A stretch of 64,000 nucleotides of DNA. Origin: an uncultured Verrucomicrobiae bacterium (GTDB taxonomy: Bacteria > Verrucomicrobiota > Verrucomicrobiia > Chthoniobacterales > JAATET01). Location of the stretch: the NCBI GenBank assembly GCA_963719495.1, contig CAVRCI010000001.1, positions 288,001 through 352,000 of the forward strand. Reading direction: 5' to 3'. Positions 18,798 to 28,866 of the stretch are shown here, one piece after another. The translations under genes and the position numbers were made by a program. The stretch's first letter is position 1, and the number at the start of each line of letters is the position of its first letter. Under the pieces are notes generated by a model that did not search any database, was not told the DNA's origin, and saw nothing but the letters and a program-made list of their open reading frames with translations.

Positions 18798-20426
18798 TCA
18801 AGCTTGGTAGCTCGCCGGAAGTCCCGTCAGCAGTTCCTCTTTCGGCAGCCGCTCGCAGAACTCGCTGAAACTCTCGTCCCCGGTCTTGTTGTCCTCGTAA
18901 TGGTGCAGGAGCGAGTCGATCACCTCATCCACGTCCGGCGCGAGAATCTTGCCCTTGAGCAGGGTATTGAACCGCCGGTTGGCACCCAGCCGACCGCCGA
19001 CGAACATGTCGTAAGCGTCCATCATTTTCCCATCGATCTTCTTCTTCGCCCCGCGGAAGCCGATGTCCGCAATCTGCTGCTGACCGCAACTCGACGGGCA
19101 ACCGCTGAAGTGCACCCGGATCTTCCCCTTGTACCAGCCGCTCTTCGCCTCGAGCTGCTCGACGAGCGCCAGCATCCGGTTTTTCGTCTCGGCCACGGCC
19201 AGATTGCAAAACTCGATCCCCGTGCAGGACACGCAACCTTGACGAAAATTCGAAGGCGCGTAGGACAGCCCCGCCGCGTCCAGCTCGGCCTTCATCGCTT
19301 CCAAATTCTCATTCGGAACGTTCGGAATGATCAGATTCTGCTTATTGGTCAGACGAATCGACGAGTTTCCTTCCGTCCCATATTTCGCGGTGATCTCGCC
19401 GACCTTCGCCAACGTCCCGTTCCGCATCCGCCCGCCCGGGAAACACACCCCGACCCACGACAGGCCAGACTGTTTCTGCGCGTGAATGCCCATGTGATCC
19501 GTCTCTTGGTCGCGCGGGAAAACAAACTCTTCGTGAGTTGGCAACTCGTAACCCAGCCGTTCCTCGACCTCGGCTCGGATCCGCTCGACCCCCCAATCCT
19601 CGACCAGGAACTTGAACCGCGCTTTGTTCCGCTTTGCCCGATAGCCTTCGTCGCGAAAGACCTTGCTGACGGCCTCGACAACCGGCCACACCTTTTCGGG
19701 CGCGATCCACACGTTCATCGTCTGCGCCATCTTCGCCGCCGACGACAGTCCTCCGCCCACCTTGATCCCGTAGCCCGCGACCCCGTCCGAGTTGCGAAGC
19801 CCAAAAAGTCCCACGCAGTTGATGTCCGGCTGCGAGCATTGGATCTCGCAGCCGCTGATCGAGATCTTGTATTTCCGCGGCAGGTTCGAGAAATCGCGGT
19901 TGTTCGTGAGATTGCGGTTGATCTCGAGCAGTTGCGGCGTCGCGTCGATGATCTCGTTCGGGTTCAAGCCGCTCACCGGACACCCGCACACGTTGCGGGT
20001 ATCGTCGCCGCAGGCCCCACTCGTCGTGATGCCGACCTTATCGAGCGCGTCGAAGATCGGCGGGATGTCCTCGATCCGCAGCCAATGGAACTGCAGCGTC
20101 TGGCGCGTCGTGATGTCGACCAAGCCGTGCGCGTATTCGTCCGCCAGCTTCGACACCGCGATCGCCTGCTCGGGAGTCACCTGGCCACCGGGCACCTTGA
20201 GCCGCAGCATGAAATACCCGCTGTCCTTCGGCTTCTGGCGGTAAACGCCATACCACTTCATCCGGTCGAAATCCCCGTCCGAAATCGCTTCGAATCCCAG
20301 TTTCGCGTAGCGGTAGATGTCGTGGATGACGTCGAGCCCGTCTTTGTCGAGCTTCAGTTGCTCGGCGGGATTGACGTCGATGAGGCCCTGCTTGACAGCG
20401 GCGAAGTTAGGATGGATATCAATCAT
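18798..20426 (-). CDS. Siroheme nitrite/sulfite reductase (ferredoxin-type)
   Basis: ITTRQ, NLPRKYKISISGC, CVSCTGIEFC and SGCPSSC siroheme/4Fe-4S ligands. Confidence 0.9.
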   Translation of the reverse strand: MIDIHPNFAAVKQGLIDVNPAEQLKLDKDGLDVIHDIYRYAKLGFEAISDGDFDRMKWYGVYRQKPKDSGYFMLRLKVPGGQVTPEQAIAVSKLADEYAHGLVDITTRQTLQFHWLRIEDIPPIFDALDKVGITTSGACGDDTRNVCGCPVSGLNPNEIIDATPQLLEINRNLTNNRDFSNLPRKYKISISGCEIQCSQPDINCVGLFGLRNSDGVAGYGIKVGGGLSSAAKMAQTMNVWIAPEKVWPVVEAVSKVFRDEGYRAKRNKARFKFLVEDWGVERIRAEVEERLGYELPTHEEFVFPRDQETDHMGIHAQKQSGLSWVGVCFPGGRMRNGTLAKVGEITAKYGTEGNSSIRLTNKQNLIIPNVPNENLEAMKAELDAAGLSYAPSNFRQGCVSCTGIEFCNLAVAETKNRMLALVEQLEAKSGWYKGKIRVHFSGCPSSCGQQQIADIGFRGAKKKIDGKMMDAYDMFVGGRLGANRRFNTLLKGKILAPDVDEVIDSLLHHYEDNKTGDESFSEFCERLPKEELLTGLPASYQA

Positions 20427-20501
20427 GTCTGTAATCTCGTAAATCTACTACGCCTCGAACTCCGCCGGCGACGAGTCGTTTTGGCGGTCGAAAACAATCC
20501 C

Positions 20502-21221
20502 ATGCACCAAGCCCAAGTCAAGCCAACGTCCGCGAGTCGGAAGCCAACCAGCCAGCGCTCCGCCTTCACGCTCATCGAGCTCCTCGTCGTTACCAGCATC
20601 ATTGCCATCCTGGCCGCGCTCGTCATCGCCGCCATTCCCCAATTCATTCAAAAAGGCCGGATGGGCAAATCGCTCAACAACCTGCGCCAGATCGGCGTCG
20701 CCTTCCAACTCTACGCCAACGAAAACGACTTCAGCCTGCCGGGACGGGTCGAGACCGGCGACAAGTGGCCCCGGCTCCTGGTCGAATACCTCGACAACGA
20801 TCCCCTCGTCTACGCCGACCCCGCCGACGAAGCCAGCTACCTCGCCCGCAAGCGCGACCCGCTCTCGAACGGCCCAAACAACACGAGTTACATCATGAAC
20901 GGCTACAACGACGCGGGAGCCTTCGACGACGAGACGGTCGCGATCAAGGCCCACTCCGTCGAGCAGCCCAGCAAGACCATCCTCGCCGCCGCCCAGAACC
21001 ACACCGGCAACTTCTACATGGACTTCGTCGACCAGGATCAGACCAAGGTCCTCGACAAGCGACTCTACGGCAAAGGCTCCACCTACCTCTTCGTAGACGG
21101 CTCCTCCCGCTTCCTCAACGAGGCCGACTACGACGCCACCCCGCCCCCCGGCCTGGCCACCAACTATGGCGACTGGCTCTGGCTCGTCAGCAAAGACAAC
21201 AACCCAACCGGCGAAGACTAG
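20502..21221 (+). CDS. Prepilin-type N-terminal cleavage/methylation protein (PVC-type)
   Basis: AFTLIELLVVTSIIAILAAL, NNLRQIG, YLFVDG. Confidence 0.88.
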   Translation: MHQAQVKPTSASRKPTSQRSAFTLIELLVVTSIIAILAALVIAAIPQFIQKGRMGKSLNNLRQIGVAFQLYANENDFSLPGRVETGDKWPRLLVEYLDNDPLVYADPADEASYLARKRDPLSNGPNNTSYIMNGYNDAGAFDDETVAIKAHSVEQPSKTILAAAQNHTGNFYMDFVDQDQTKVLDKRLYGKGSTYLFVDGSSRFLNEADYDATPPPGLATNYGDWLWLVSKDNNPTGED

Positions 21222-21262
21222 TCACCAATCACCCCGCGGCGAAGCCGCGCCATCCCCCAACC

Positions 21263-21295
21263 CTGTCATGCTGAGCGAAGCGAAGCATCTCTGGC
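21263..21295 (+). repeat. Family-A REP-like element
   Basis: ctgtcatgctgagcgaagcgaagcatctctggc. Confidence 0.85.
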
Positions 21296-21336
21296 GTCTC
21301 ACCTCAGCAAAGCAAAGCTCGAGCCATCTCCCCCGA

Positions 21337-22155
21337 CTACTCCGCGTCCCAATCCGGTGCCCACTTCGGATCGATCTGGCGCTGATTCTTCGGCAGATCG
21401 TCGATCGCCGCGACGTCGTCGGCGTCGAGTTCGAAGTCGAAAACGTCGAAATTTTCCACCCGGTGTTCGTGCGACGTCGATCGTGGGATCGCCGCCACCC
21501 GGTCGTGACCCAGCAGATACCGGAGAGCCACCTGCTGCGCCGATTTCCCATATTTTTCTCCCAGCCGCTCGAGCGTCGACCAGTCACCGATCTCCCCACT
21601 CCCAAGCGGCGAGTAGGCCGTCACCAGCATCCCGGTTTCCCGGGCAAACCTCAGCAATTTGTCCTGCCCCAGGAAGGGGTGAAATTCCACCTGATCGCAG
21701 AAGACCGACACGATCGACCGGGCCTCGCGCAAATGTCGCAGCGGAAAATTACTCACACCGATCCGGAGAATTTTCCGCTCCTCGGATAATTGCGCCAGCT
21801 CGCCCATCGTCTCGCGCAAAGGCACCTCATCGCTCGGCCAGTGGATGAGCATCAGGTCGAGATAATCGACCTCGAGTTCCCGCAGACTCGTCTCCGTCTC
21901 CGACCGCACGTCCGATGCCCGAAGCTTCGAGGGCGGGATTTTCGACGTCAGAAAGATCTCGTCCCGCAACACTCCGGATTCCCGAATCCCCGCCCCGACT
22001 TCGGCCTCGTTCTCGTACATCCGCGCTGTATCGATCAGCCGGTAGCCGATCTCCAGCGCGTCCCGCACCGATTCCCGGCAAGCGTCACCCTCGATTTCCC
22101 AAGTCCCAAAACCCAACCGGGGAACCTCCGTCCCGTAAACATCAAGATACTCCAT
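21337..22155 (-). CDS. Aldo/keto reductase (DkgB-like)
   Basis: LGFGTW, GYRLIDTARMYENE, YLDLMLIHWP, IGVSNF, AYSPLG. Confidence 0.92.
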   Translation of the reverse strand: MEYLDVYGTEVPRLGFGTWEIEGDACRESVRDALEIGYRLIDTARMYENEAEVGAGIRESGVLRDEIFLTSKIPPSKLRASDVRSETETSLRELEVDYLDLMLIHWPSDEVPLRETMGELAQLSEERKILRIGVSNFPLRHLREARSIVSVFCDQVEFHPFLGQDKLLRFARETGMLVTAYSPLGSGEIGDWSTLERLGEKYGKSAQQVALRYLLGHDRVAAIPRSTSHEHRVENFDVFDFELDADDVAAIDDLPKNQRQIDPKWAPDWDAE

Positions 22156-22287
22156 GCTGACAAAACGTTCCCATGCCCCAAGGCGGACGTTCCGAAGGCA
22201 GGGAGGGGTTTGACGACGGGCGGCAAACCGCCCCAGCGGGACCCACCCGCATCAATCTTCCGTATCCTTCGCGACCTTTGCGACCTT

Positions 22288-22664
22288 CTGTTCAAGAACG
22301 TATTTGTATTCCGCCAGATTGTTGACTCGCTCGCTCCCGCTCGTCTCGCCCTTCGGGCTACACCGCAGAGCCGGCGTAGTCTGCCCCGAGCCTTCCCAGG
22401 CTCCGGTGCTCTGTTCAAGAACGTATTTGTATTCCGCCAGATTGTTGACTCGCTCGCTCCCGCTCGTCTCGCCCTTCGGGCTACACCGCAGAGCCGGCGT
22501 AGTCTGCCCCGAGCCTTCCCAGGCTCCGGTGCTCTATTCAAGAACGTATTTGTATTCCGCCAGATTGTTGACTCGCTCGCTCCCGCTCGTCTCGCCCTTC
22601 GGGCTACACCGCAGAGCCGGCGTAGTCTGCCCCGAGCCTTCCCAGGCTCCGGTGCTCTGTTCAA
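22288..22664. repeat. Tandem repeat, 3 x 123 bp plus a partial fourth start
   Basis: TTCAA anchors at 22291, 22414, 22537, 22660; copies identical except one G/A change. Confidence 0.95.
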
Positions 22665-22712
22665 AACCGTATCCGTATCCCCGCAGACGGAGACATTCGT
22701 CGACCCGCCCCC

Positions 22713-24659
22713 CTACCGCACCATCTTCCGATACGTCGCCAGCGCCAGCAGCGGCCAATACAGCCGATACATTCCGTAACGCAGGTAAAACACGGTCGGA
22801 AATCCCGTCCCGGTCGTCTCCTCCTCCGTCCACGACCCGTCCGCTTCCTGACGCCGCACCAACCAGCCGACCCCGCGCAACACCGATTCGCGCGTCGCAT
22901 CGCCGCAGGCGCACAGCCCCATCACCGCCCACGCCGTCTGGCTCGGCGTGCTCGGCCCGATGCCCTTGAGGTCGGGGTCGTCGTAGGACGCACACGTCTC
23001 GCCCCAGCCCCCGTCGTCATTCTGACAGCTCTCCAGCCAATCCCGCCCGCGCCGGATCCAATCCTCGTTCATGTTGTGGCCGATCGCTCCCAGCCCCCGC
23101 AGCACCTGCCACGTCCCGTAAAGGTAATTCACGCCCCAGCGCCCGTACCACGATCCGTCGTCCTCCTGGGTCCGCCGCAGCATCGCAACCGCCCGCCGCA
23201 CCACCTCGGACCGCCGGTTGTGCCCCAGGTAACCCAGCAATTCCAACACCCGCGCCGTGAGATCGCTGCACGTCGGATCCAAAATCGCATTGTGATCGGC
23301 GAACGGGATGTCCTCCAGCCAACCCTTCGTCACGTCCTTGTCGAAGGCCGCCCACCCGCCGTCCCGGCACTGGAAACTCAGCAACCACCGCAGCGCCCGC
23401 CCCGAGAGTTCCTCCCGCGCGACCGCATCCCGCGGTGCCGTCAGCCGCAGCGCCATCAGCACCATCATTGTGTCATCCGTGTCGGGATAAAATTTGTTCG
23501 CGTGCTCGAACGCCCAGCCGCTCGCCTCGGGCCCCGGATTCTTCACGACCCAATCCCCGCGGAACCGCACCTCCCGCTCCTCGAGCCACTCAGCCGCCCG
23601 CATCATCGCCGAGTGGTCCGGAGCCAGACCCGATTCACCGAGCGCGATCGTCGTGATCGCCGTGTCCCACACCGGCGACAAACAAGGCTGAATCCGAAAA
23701 TCCCCCGTCGCCGCGTCGTCGACGTAAAGCCCGCGAAAATCCGCGTCCGCCTTCGCGACCAAAGGATGATCCTCGCCGTAGCCCAGCGCCCGCAGCGCCA
23801 TCATCCCATTGAGCATCGCCGGGAAGATCGCCCCCAGCCCATCGCTTCCGTCGCCCATGCGGTCGACCATCCACCGCTCCGCCTTCCGCAGCGCGTATTC
23901 GCGGACAACGGTCGGGCGCGCGATTTCGAAAAATTTCAGCCCCGCGTCGCACTTCAGAAAAAAGTTCCGCCAAGAGAAGAAGCGCCGACCCTTCTTCAGC
24001 GAAAGATCCGTCCCCTCCAAACCAGCCGGATACAGCTCGTGCAGCTGAAACTCCGCCGGCAGATCCCGCGTCGGCCGAAAATGGTTGAGGATCGCCAGCG
24101 GCGCGAGAATCCCCCGCGTCCACGACGACATGTCCCAGACGCTGAAAACAAACCACCGCGGCAGCAGGAACAACTCGACCGGCACGGTCGGCAAATGCTT
24201 CCAAGGGAATTGCCCCAGCAACGCCAGATACAGCTTCGCGTAGGTGTTCATGTGCGGGATCCCGCCGAGCCGCAGGATGTTCGCCCGGGCATCGACCATC
24301 CACGGATCCGACGGCGAATCCCCGCTCAACTTGAGCGCGAAATACGCCTTCACCGACGCGTTGATCTCGCTCGGCCCGTCTACGTAAATGTTCCACCCCC
24401 CGTCCGCGAGCTGCCGCCGCCGCACGTGGTCCGCGCACTTGCGCTCCAGCTCCGCGTCCCGCCGATCCGTCCAGTGCCGGTAGAGCACCACGTCCGAGCA
24501 AAGCGTCGAATCAACGGTCAGCTCCCCCTCCCAGTGCCCGTCCGCCCGCTGCAAACCAAGCAAATACCCCTGCGCCGCCGCCACCGCATCGGCCGCATTC
24601 GGAATCCCCCGCCCCCCATCCGGAAACGGCAGCAAATCACCAGCGCCAACGGCGCTCAT
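22713..24659 (-). CDS. shc: Squalene-hopene cyclase
   Basis: YPDTDDT (DxDD), QW repeats (QRADGHW, QEDDGSW, QNDDGGWGE), GRWGVNY, GTGFP. Confidence 0.95.
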   Translation of the reverse strand: MSAVGAGDLLPFPDGGRGIPNAADAVAAAQGYLLGLQRADGHWEGELTVDSTLCSDVVLYRHWTDRRDAELERKCADHVRRRQLADGGWNIYVDGPSEINASVKAYFALKLSGDSPSDPWMVDARANILRLGGIPHMNTYAKLYLALLGQFPWKHLPTVPVELFLLPRWFVFSVWDMSSWTRGILAPLAILNHFRPTRDLPAEFQLHELYPAGLEGTDLSLKKGRRFFSWRNFFLKCDAGLKFFEIARPTVVREYALRKAERWMVDRMGDGSDGLGAIFPAMLNGMMALRALGYGEDHPLVAKADADFRGLYVDDAATGDFRIQPCLSPVWDTAITTIALGESGLAPDHSAMMRAAEWLEEREVRFRGDWVVKNPGPEASGWAFEHANKFYPDTDDTMMVLMALRLTAPRDAVAREELSGRALRWLLSFQCRDGGWAAFDKDVTKGWLEDIPFADHNAILDPTCSDLTARVLELLGYLGHNRRSEVVRRAVAMLRRTQEDDGSWYGRWGVNYLYGTWQVLRGLGAIGHNMNEDWIRRGRDWLESCQNDDGGWGETCASYDDPDLKGIGPSTPSQTAWAVMGLCACGDATRESVLRGVGWLVRRQEADGSWTEEETTGTGFPTVFYLRYGMYRLYWPLLALATYRKMVR

Positions 24660-24739
24660 CGTCCCCCCAAGGTAGGGAAGCCGCGCCGCGGGTTCCGTGA
24701 CCATCTCGCAGCACTCACGAAAACCACCCAGCGTGCCAC

Positions 24740-26059
24740 CTAACTCTCGACGACCGCTTCCGCCACCGTCGCCTCGGATTCCACCGTCACCTTGTCCGGC
24801 TTCCCCGTCTTGTGACCCTTCCCCGCGCTCACGCCATCAAACGCGTTCACGCTCGCCCCCTCCACCCGCATCCCGGGCTTCTTGCCGAAATTGAAAGCCA
24901 CGTTCGCCCAGGTATCGCCCGGCTGCGCGTCGCGCCCCAACGTCGCGCTCGGCTCGTAGCCGCAATGAACCATGCAATTCGCGCACCGCGGGTCCTTCGC
25001 GACGCCGTCGACGACACCGTAATTCTCCCACTTCGTCTCGTCGAGCAGCGCGTCGTAGGACTCGAAATGCCCGTCGGTCATCAAGTAACAAGGCCCCTTC
25101 CAGCCCATCACGTTGCGCGTCGGAATCGCCCACGCCGAGCAGGTCAGATCCCGCTGACCCGCCAGAAAATCCAGGTAAATCGGCGTCCCGAAAAACGCGT
25201 ATTTCTCGCCCCAGGCGCGGATGTTTTTGAATTTCTCGCGCGTCGCCTCACGGGTCAGGAAGAAATTCTCCGGCTGCAGGTTCAATCGCTTCTGCATGTC
25301 CTCCTTCGCCGCGTCGTAGTCGTAACCCGGCGAGATCGTGTGCCCGTCGATCCCGATCCAGCTCAGGAAATCGAACATCCGCTCGAGCTCGTCCATGTTG
25401 GTCTCCTTGTAGACCGTCGTGTTCGTCGCGACCTGATACCCGAGCACCTTCGCCATCCGCATCGCCGCCACGCATTCTTTGAAAACGCCCTCGCGCTCGA
25501 CGATCAAATCGTGCGTCCGCTCCATGCCGTCGAGGTGAACGTTCCAATACATCCACTGAGTCGGTCCAATGACGGGGCCCGCCACCTTCGACTTCGGATT
25601 TTTGACCCCTTCGACCTGCTCCGCCGTGATCAGCTCCTCGCTCACCAGCTTCTCGAGCATCGGGCCGACCTTGGCGGCGTTCCGCGCGAACTCGACCGTC
25701 ATCCACTCCCGCATTTTCTTCCGCATGAACACGCCGTTCGTGCAGATGTAGACGATCCGTTTCTGCTCGAGCAGACCTTCGACCAGCTCCTCGATTTGCG
25801 GGTAGATCAACGGCTCCCCGCCGCAGATCGAAATCATCGGCGCGCCGCACTCCGTCGCCGCCCCCAGGCAATCCTCGAGCGACATGACGTTTTTCAACGA
25901 AGTCGAATACTCGCGAATCCGCCCGCAGCCCGTGCAGGTCAAATTGCAGGTGTGGAGCGGCTCGAGCTGCAGGACCGTCGCGAACTTTTCAACCCGGCGG
26001 AGCTTTTTGCCCACGATGTAAGCCGCAATCTTCGCCGTCAGAGCCAGTGGGAACCTCAT
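24740..26059 (-). CDS. hpnH: Adenosyl-hopene transferase, radical SAM
   Basis: LEPLHTCNLTCTGCGRI, GGEPL, DPRCANCMVHCGYEP; adjacent to shc. Confidence 0.88.
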   Translation of the reverse strand: MRFPLALTAKIAAYIVGKKLRRVEKFATVLQLEPLHTCNLTCTGCGRIREYSTSLKNVMSLEDCLGAATECGAPMISICGGEPLIYPQIEELVEGLLEQKRIVYICTNGVFMRKKMREWMTVEFARNAAKVGPMLEKLVSEELITAEQVEGVKNPKSKVAGPVIGPTQWMYWNVHLDGMERTHDLIVEREGVFKECVAAMRMAKVLGYQVATNTTVYKETNMDELERMFDFLSWIGIDGHTISPGYDYDAAKEDMQKRLNLQPENFFLTREATREKFKNIRAWGEKYAFFGTPIYLDFLAGQRDLTCSAWAIPTRNVMGWKGPCYLMTDGHFESYDALLDETKWENYGVVDGVAKDPRCANCMVHCGYEPSATLGRDAQPGDTWANVAFNFGKKPGMRVEGASVNAFDGVSAGKGHKTGKPDKVTVESEATVAEAVVES

Positions 26060-26171
26060 AGGCGCGGGAGCGTAGCACCGACCGTGCCACTGTCAAACTA
26101 CCCCTCGGCGTCACGAATTTGTCACCTTCCGAAAATTGATCCCGCCCCCCGGACGCTCATTCTCCGCCCGC

Positions 26172-28325
26172 ATGAAACCCATCGTCGCCACGGCGCTTCT
26201 CGTCCTCCTCTCCCCCGGTCTGCGAGCCGCTTCGTTCGACGTCGCGAACGGCACCACGACATCGACCACCCAGACCCTCGCCGCCGGCGAGACCGGAACC
26301 ATCGCCAACGGCGGCACCCTCACCCGCTCGGGCGGCGGCAACGCGATCACGCTCTCGTCGACCGGCGGCGCCCTCACGACGATCAACAACGGCGGGAACG
26401 TTTTTCAAACCGGCGACGGCCGCGTGATCCGCAACAACACCAGCGGCACGCCCTCCTTCCAGATCACGAACACCGCGAGCGGCGTCATCCGGACCAATGA
26501 CGGCGACGCCCTTCGCGCCGACGTCACCGGCTCGAATTGGACGATCAACAACGCCGGCAGCATCGTCTCGCTCAACGCATCCGGCGGCGGAGCGCAAGCC
26601 ATCGACTTCGACGCCATCACCAGCGGCTCGGTCAGCATCACGAACCAAGCGGGAGGCACCATCTCGGCGAACGCCGCCGACGCCATCCGCCCCGGCGCTA
26701 ACGCCACGATCACAAACGCCGGCACCATCACCGCGACACCCACCGTGGCGGCGGGCGATGCCTCCAGCAGCGACGGCATCGACACTCAATCCCGCGCCGG
26801 AGTTTCGATCACGAACACCGGCACGATCTCCGGTCGCCACGGCATCACCGGCGGCGACAGCGCCCAGGCGGCCTACAACGTGACCGTCACCAACAACGCC
26901 GGGACGATCAGCGGCGTCAACGGCTCGGGCGTCAACATCGACGGCGTCTTCACGACGGCGACCGCCAGCGTCACCAACGCCCAGGGCGCCACCATCCGCG
27001 GCGGCCTCCTGTCGTCCACGACGTCCGGCGACGCCGATGGCATCGACGTCGACGGCGTGCTCACGCTCACCAATTCCGGCGACGTCCTCGGCTACGGCGC
27101 GAAGGGCATCGGCTCGGACGGCGGCGCGAACAACCCCGAAGCCGTCGCCATCGGCGGCGGCTCGATCACGAACACCGCCACCGGACGCATCATCGGCAGC
27201 AGCCTCGCCGCCGACGCGCCGAACGGCGACACCACCCGCGTCGGCAGCGGCATCCTCGTCGACGACAGCTCGAACGGTCCCGCCATCGCTCCGACCACCG
27301 TGACCAACGCCGGTCGCATCGAAGGCCGCACCGGTTTCGCCGTCAAAATGGTCGGCAATCAGGACGACACGATCACGAACTCCGCGACCGGCACCATCCG
27401 CGGAGCGGGCAACGCCATCACCGTCGGTGCCGCCATCCAGACCGGCGGCGGCGATGACTCCGTGACGAATTCGGGCACCATCGTCGGCACCAACGGCAAA
27501 GCCATCGACCTCGGCGACGGCGACGACACCCTCACGGTCAACGGCGGCACGATCACCGGCGACATCGACGGCGGCACCGGCACGAATGTCTTCAACGTCG
27601 CCGTTGGCACCGGCAACGCGTTCAATTTCGCCGACACCGTCGCGAACGTCACCACAACCAACGTCCAATCCGGCACCTTCGCCTACTCCGGCACCGCCGC
27701 ACTTGGCGGCACGATCTCGGTCGTGGGGGGAGAATTCAAGAGCAACGGCGGCAACCTCGTCGGCAATCTCGATTTCCAATCCGGCACCCTTGGCGGCACG
27801 AACCTCGACGGCATTTCGTTCACCGTCGGCACCGACCGCGTCCTTTCCCCCGGCAACAGCCCCGGCACCCTCGTGACCGGCAACCAGACGTGGGCGGCAG
27901 GCGGTACCTACCTCTGGGAGATCAACGCCCTCGCCGCCGACGGCGGCTCCCTCGGCGGCAACTCCGGCTGGGACTTCACCAGCATCAACGGGACGCTCAC
28001 CCTCACCGCGACCGCGGGCGCTCCATTCAACGTTCTCGTCGACTCCCTCGCGCTCCTGCCCTCCTGGGACAACACCCGCGATTACGCTTTCACCCTCGCG
28101 ACCGCCTCGGGCGGCGTCACCGGATTCGACCCGACCGCCTTCGCGATCGATTCCACCGCCTTCGCCGATCAGCACGATCTCGGCGGCGGCACGTTTTCCG
28201 TCGCCCAACTCGGCAACAGCGTCGAACTCCGCTTCACCGCCGTCCCCGAGCCTGCGGCCTGGGCAGTTCTCGCCGCGATCCTCCTCGCGTTCGTGATCGC
28301 CCGTCGACGCCGGACAACGGCCTGA
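26172..28325 (+). CDS. Gly/Thr/Asn-rich beta-helical surface protein with PEP-CTERM sorting signal
   Basis: Signal peptide, repeated TITNxGTI motifs, PGNSPG, C-terminal AVPEPAA-TM-RRRR. Confidence 0.9.
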   Translation: MKPIVATALLVLLSPGLRAASFDVANGTTTSTTQTLAAGETGTIANGGTLTRSGGGNAITLSSTGGALTTINNGGNVFQTGDGRVIRNNTSGTPSFQITNTASGVIRTNDGDALRADVTGSNWTINNAGSIVSLNASGGGAQAIDFDAITSGSVSITNQAGGTISANAADAIRPGANATITNAGTITATPTVAAGDASSSDGIDTQSRAGVSITNTGTISGRHGITGGDSAQAAYNVTVTNNAGTISGVNGSGVNIDGVFTTATASVTNAQGATIRGGLLSSTTSGDADGIDVDGVLTLTNSGDVLGYGAKGIGSDGGANNPEAVAIGGGSITNTATGRIIGSSLAADAPNGDTTRVGSGILVDDSSNGPAIAPTTVTNAGRIEGRTGFAVKMVGNQDDTITNSATGTIRGAGNAITVGAAIQTGGGDDSVTNSGTIVGTNGKAIDLGDGDDTLTVNGGTITGDIDGGTGTNVFNVAVGTGNAFNFADTVANVTTTNVQSGTFAYSGTAALGGTISVVGGEFKSNGGNLVGNLDFQSGTLGGTNLDGISFTVGTDRVLSPGNSPGTLVTGNQTWAAGGTYLWEINALAADGGSLGGNSGWDFTSINGTLTLTATAGAPFNVLVDSLALLPSWDNTRDYAFTLATASGGVTGFDPTAFAIDSTAFADQHDLGGGTFSVAQLGNSVELRFTAVPEPAAWAVLAAILLAFVIARRRRTTA

Positions 28326-28327
28326 TC

Positions 28328-28714
28328 TCAGCCCACCAGCGCCACCGCCTCGATCTCGACGTCGAAACCAAGCAGACCCGCCCCGACCGTCGCGCGGGCC
28401 GGTTTGCAATCACCGAAGAATTCCGCGTAAACCAAGTTCATCTCCGCGAACGTCTCCGGGTTCAGCGGCTGCAAATACACCCGGCACGAAACCACCTGCT
28501 CGAACGAACTCCCCGCCGCGCCCAGCAACCGACGCAAGTTCACCAAAACCACACGCGTCTGCTCGGCGATCGTCCCCCGCACGATCTTCCCCTCGTCCGC
28601 ATCGAACGGGATCTGACCCGACACGAAGACAAATTTCCCCTCGGCGACAACCGCCGGCGAATACGGACCAATCGCGGGAGGCCCGCCAGGAACTTCGGAA
28701 ATAACCTCACGCAT
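28328..28714 (-). CDS. RidA/YjgF family enamine deaminase
   Basis: PAIGPYSPAV, VSGQIP, PARATV, VEIEAVA. Confidence 0.9.
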   Translation of the reverse strand: MREVISEVPGGPPAIGPYSPAVVAEGKFVFVSGQIPFDADEGKIVRGTIAEQTRVVLVNLRRLLGAAGSSFEQVVSCRVYLQPLNPETFAEMNLVYAEFFGDCKPARATVGAGLLGFDVEIEAVALVG

Positions 28715-28866
28715 GGCCGAAGAATGTTTAAATCCACACCCCACCGCAAGCCAACCCGTTGTCCCCCACCAGTCACCATTGACCAGTCACCAATCACGCC
28801 GAAGGCTTCCCCCCGGCCCGCAAATTGCTTAAGAGACCGTCTCCAATTTTCCGAAACCACACTCCC

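Noticed and set aside
18804..20501. 805-aa ORF as a single protein
   Set aside because: The first ~566 codons are antisense to the sulfite/nitrite reductase; the real gene starts at ATG 20502
22180..22260. tRNA or riboswitch upstream of akr
   Set aside because: Only two short GC hairpins; no cloverleaf, T-loop or recognisable aptamer
22288..22664. CRISPR array
   Set aside because: Units are identical over the full 123 bp with no unique spacers, and there are no cas genes
21790..22969. ORFs running through the 123-bp repeat (21790-22779, 22035-22664, 22304-22969)
   Set aside because: They overlap akr or shc, have no protein-like features, and are open only because the unit is 41 stop-free codons
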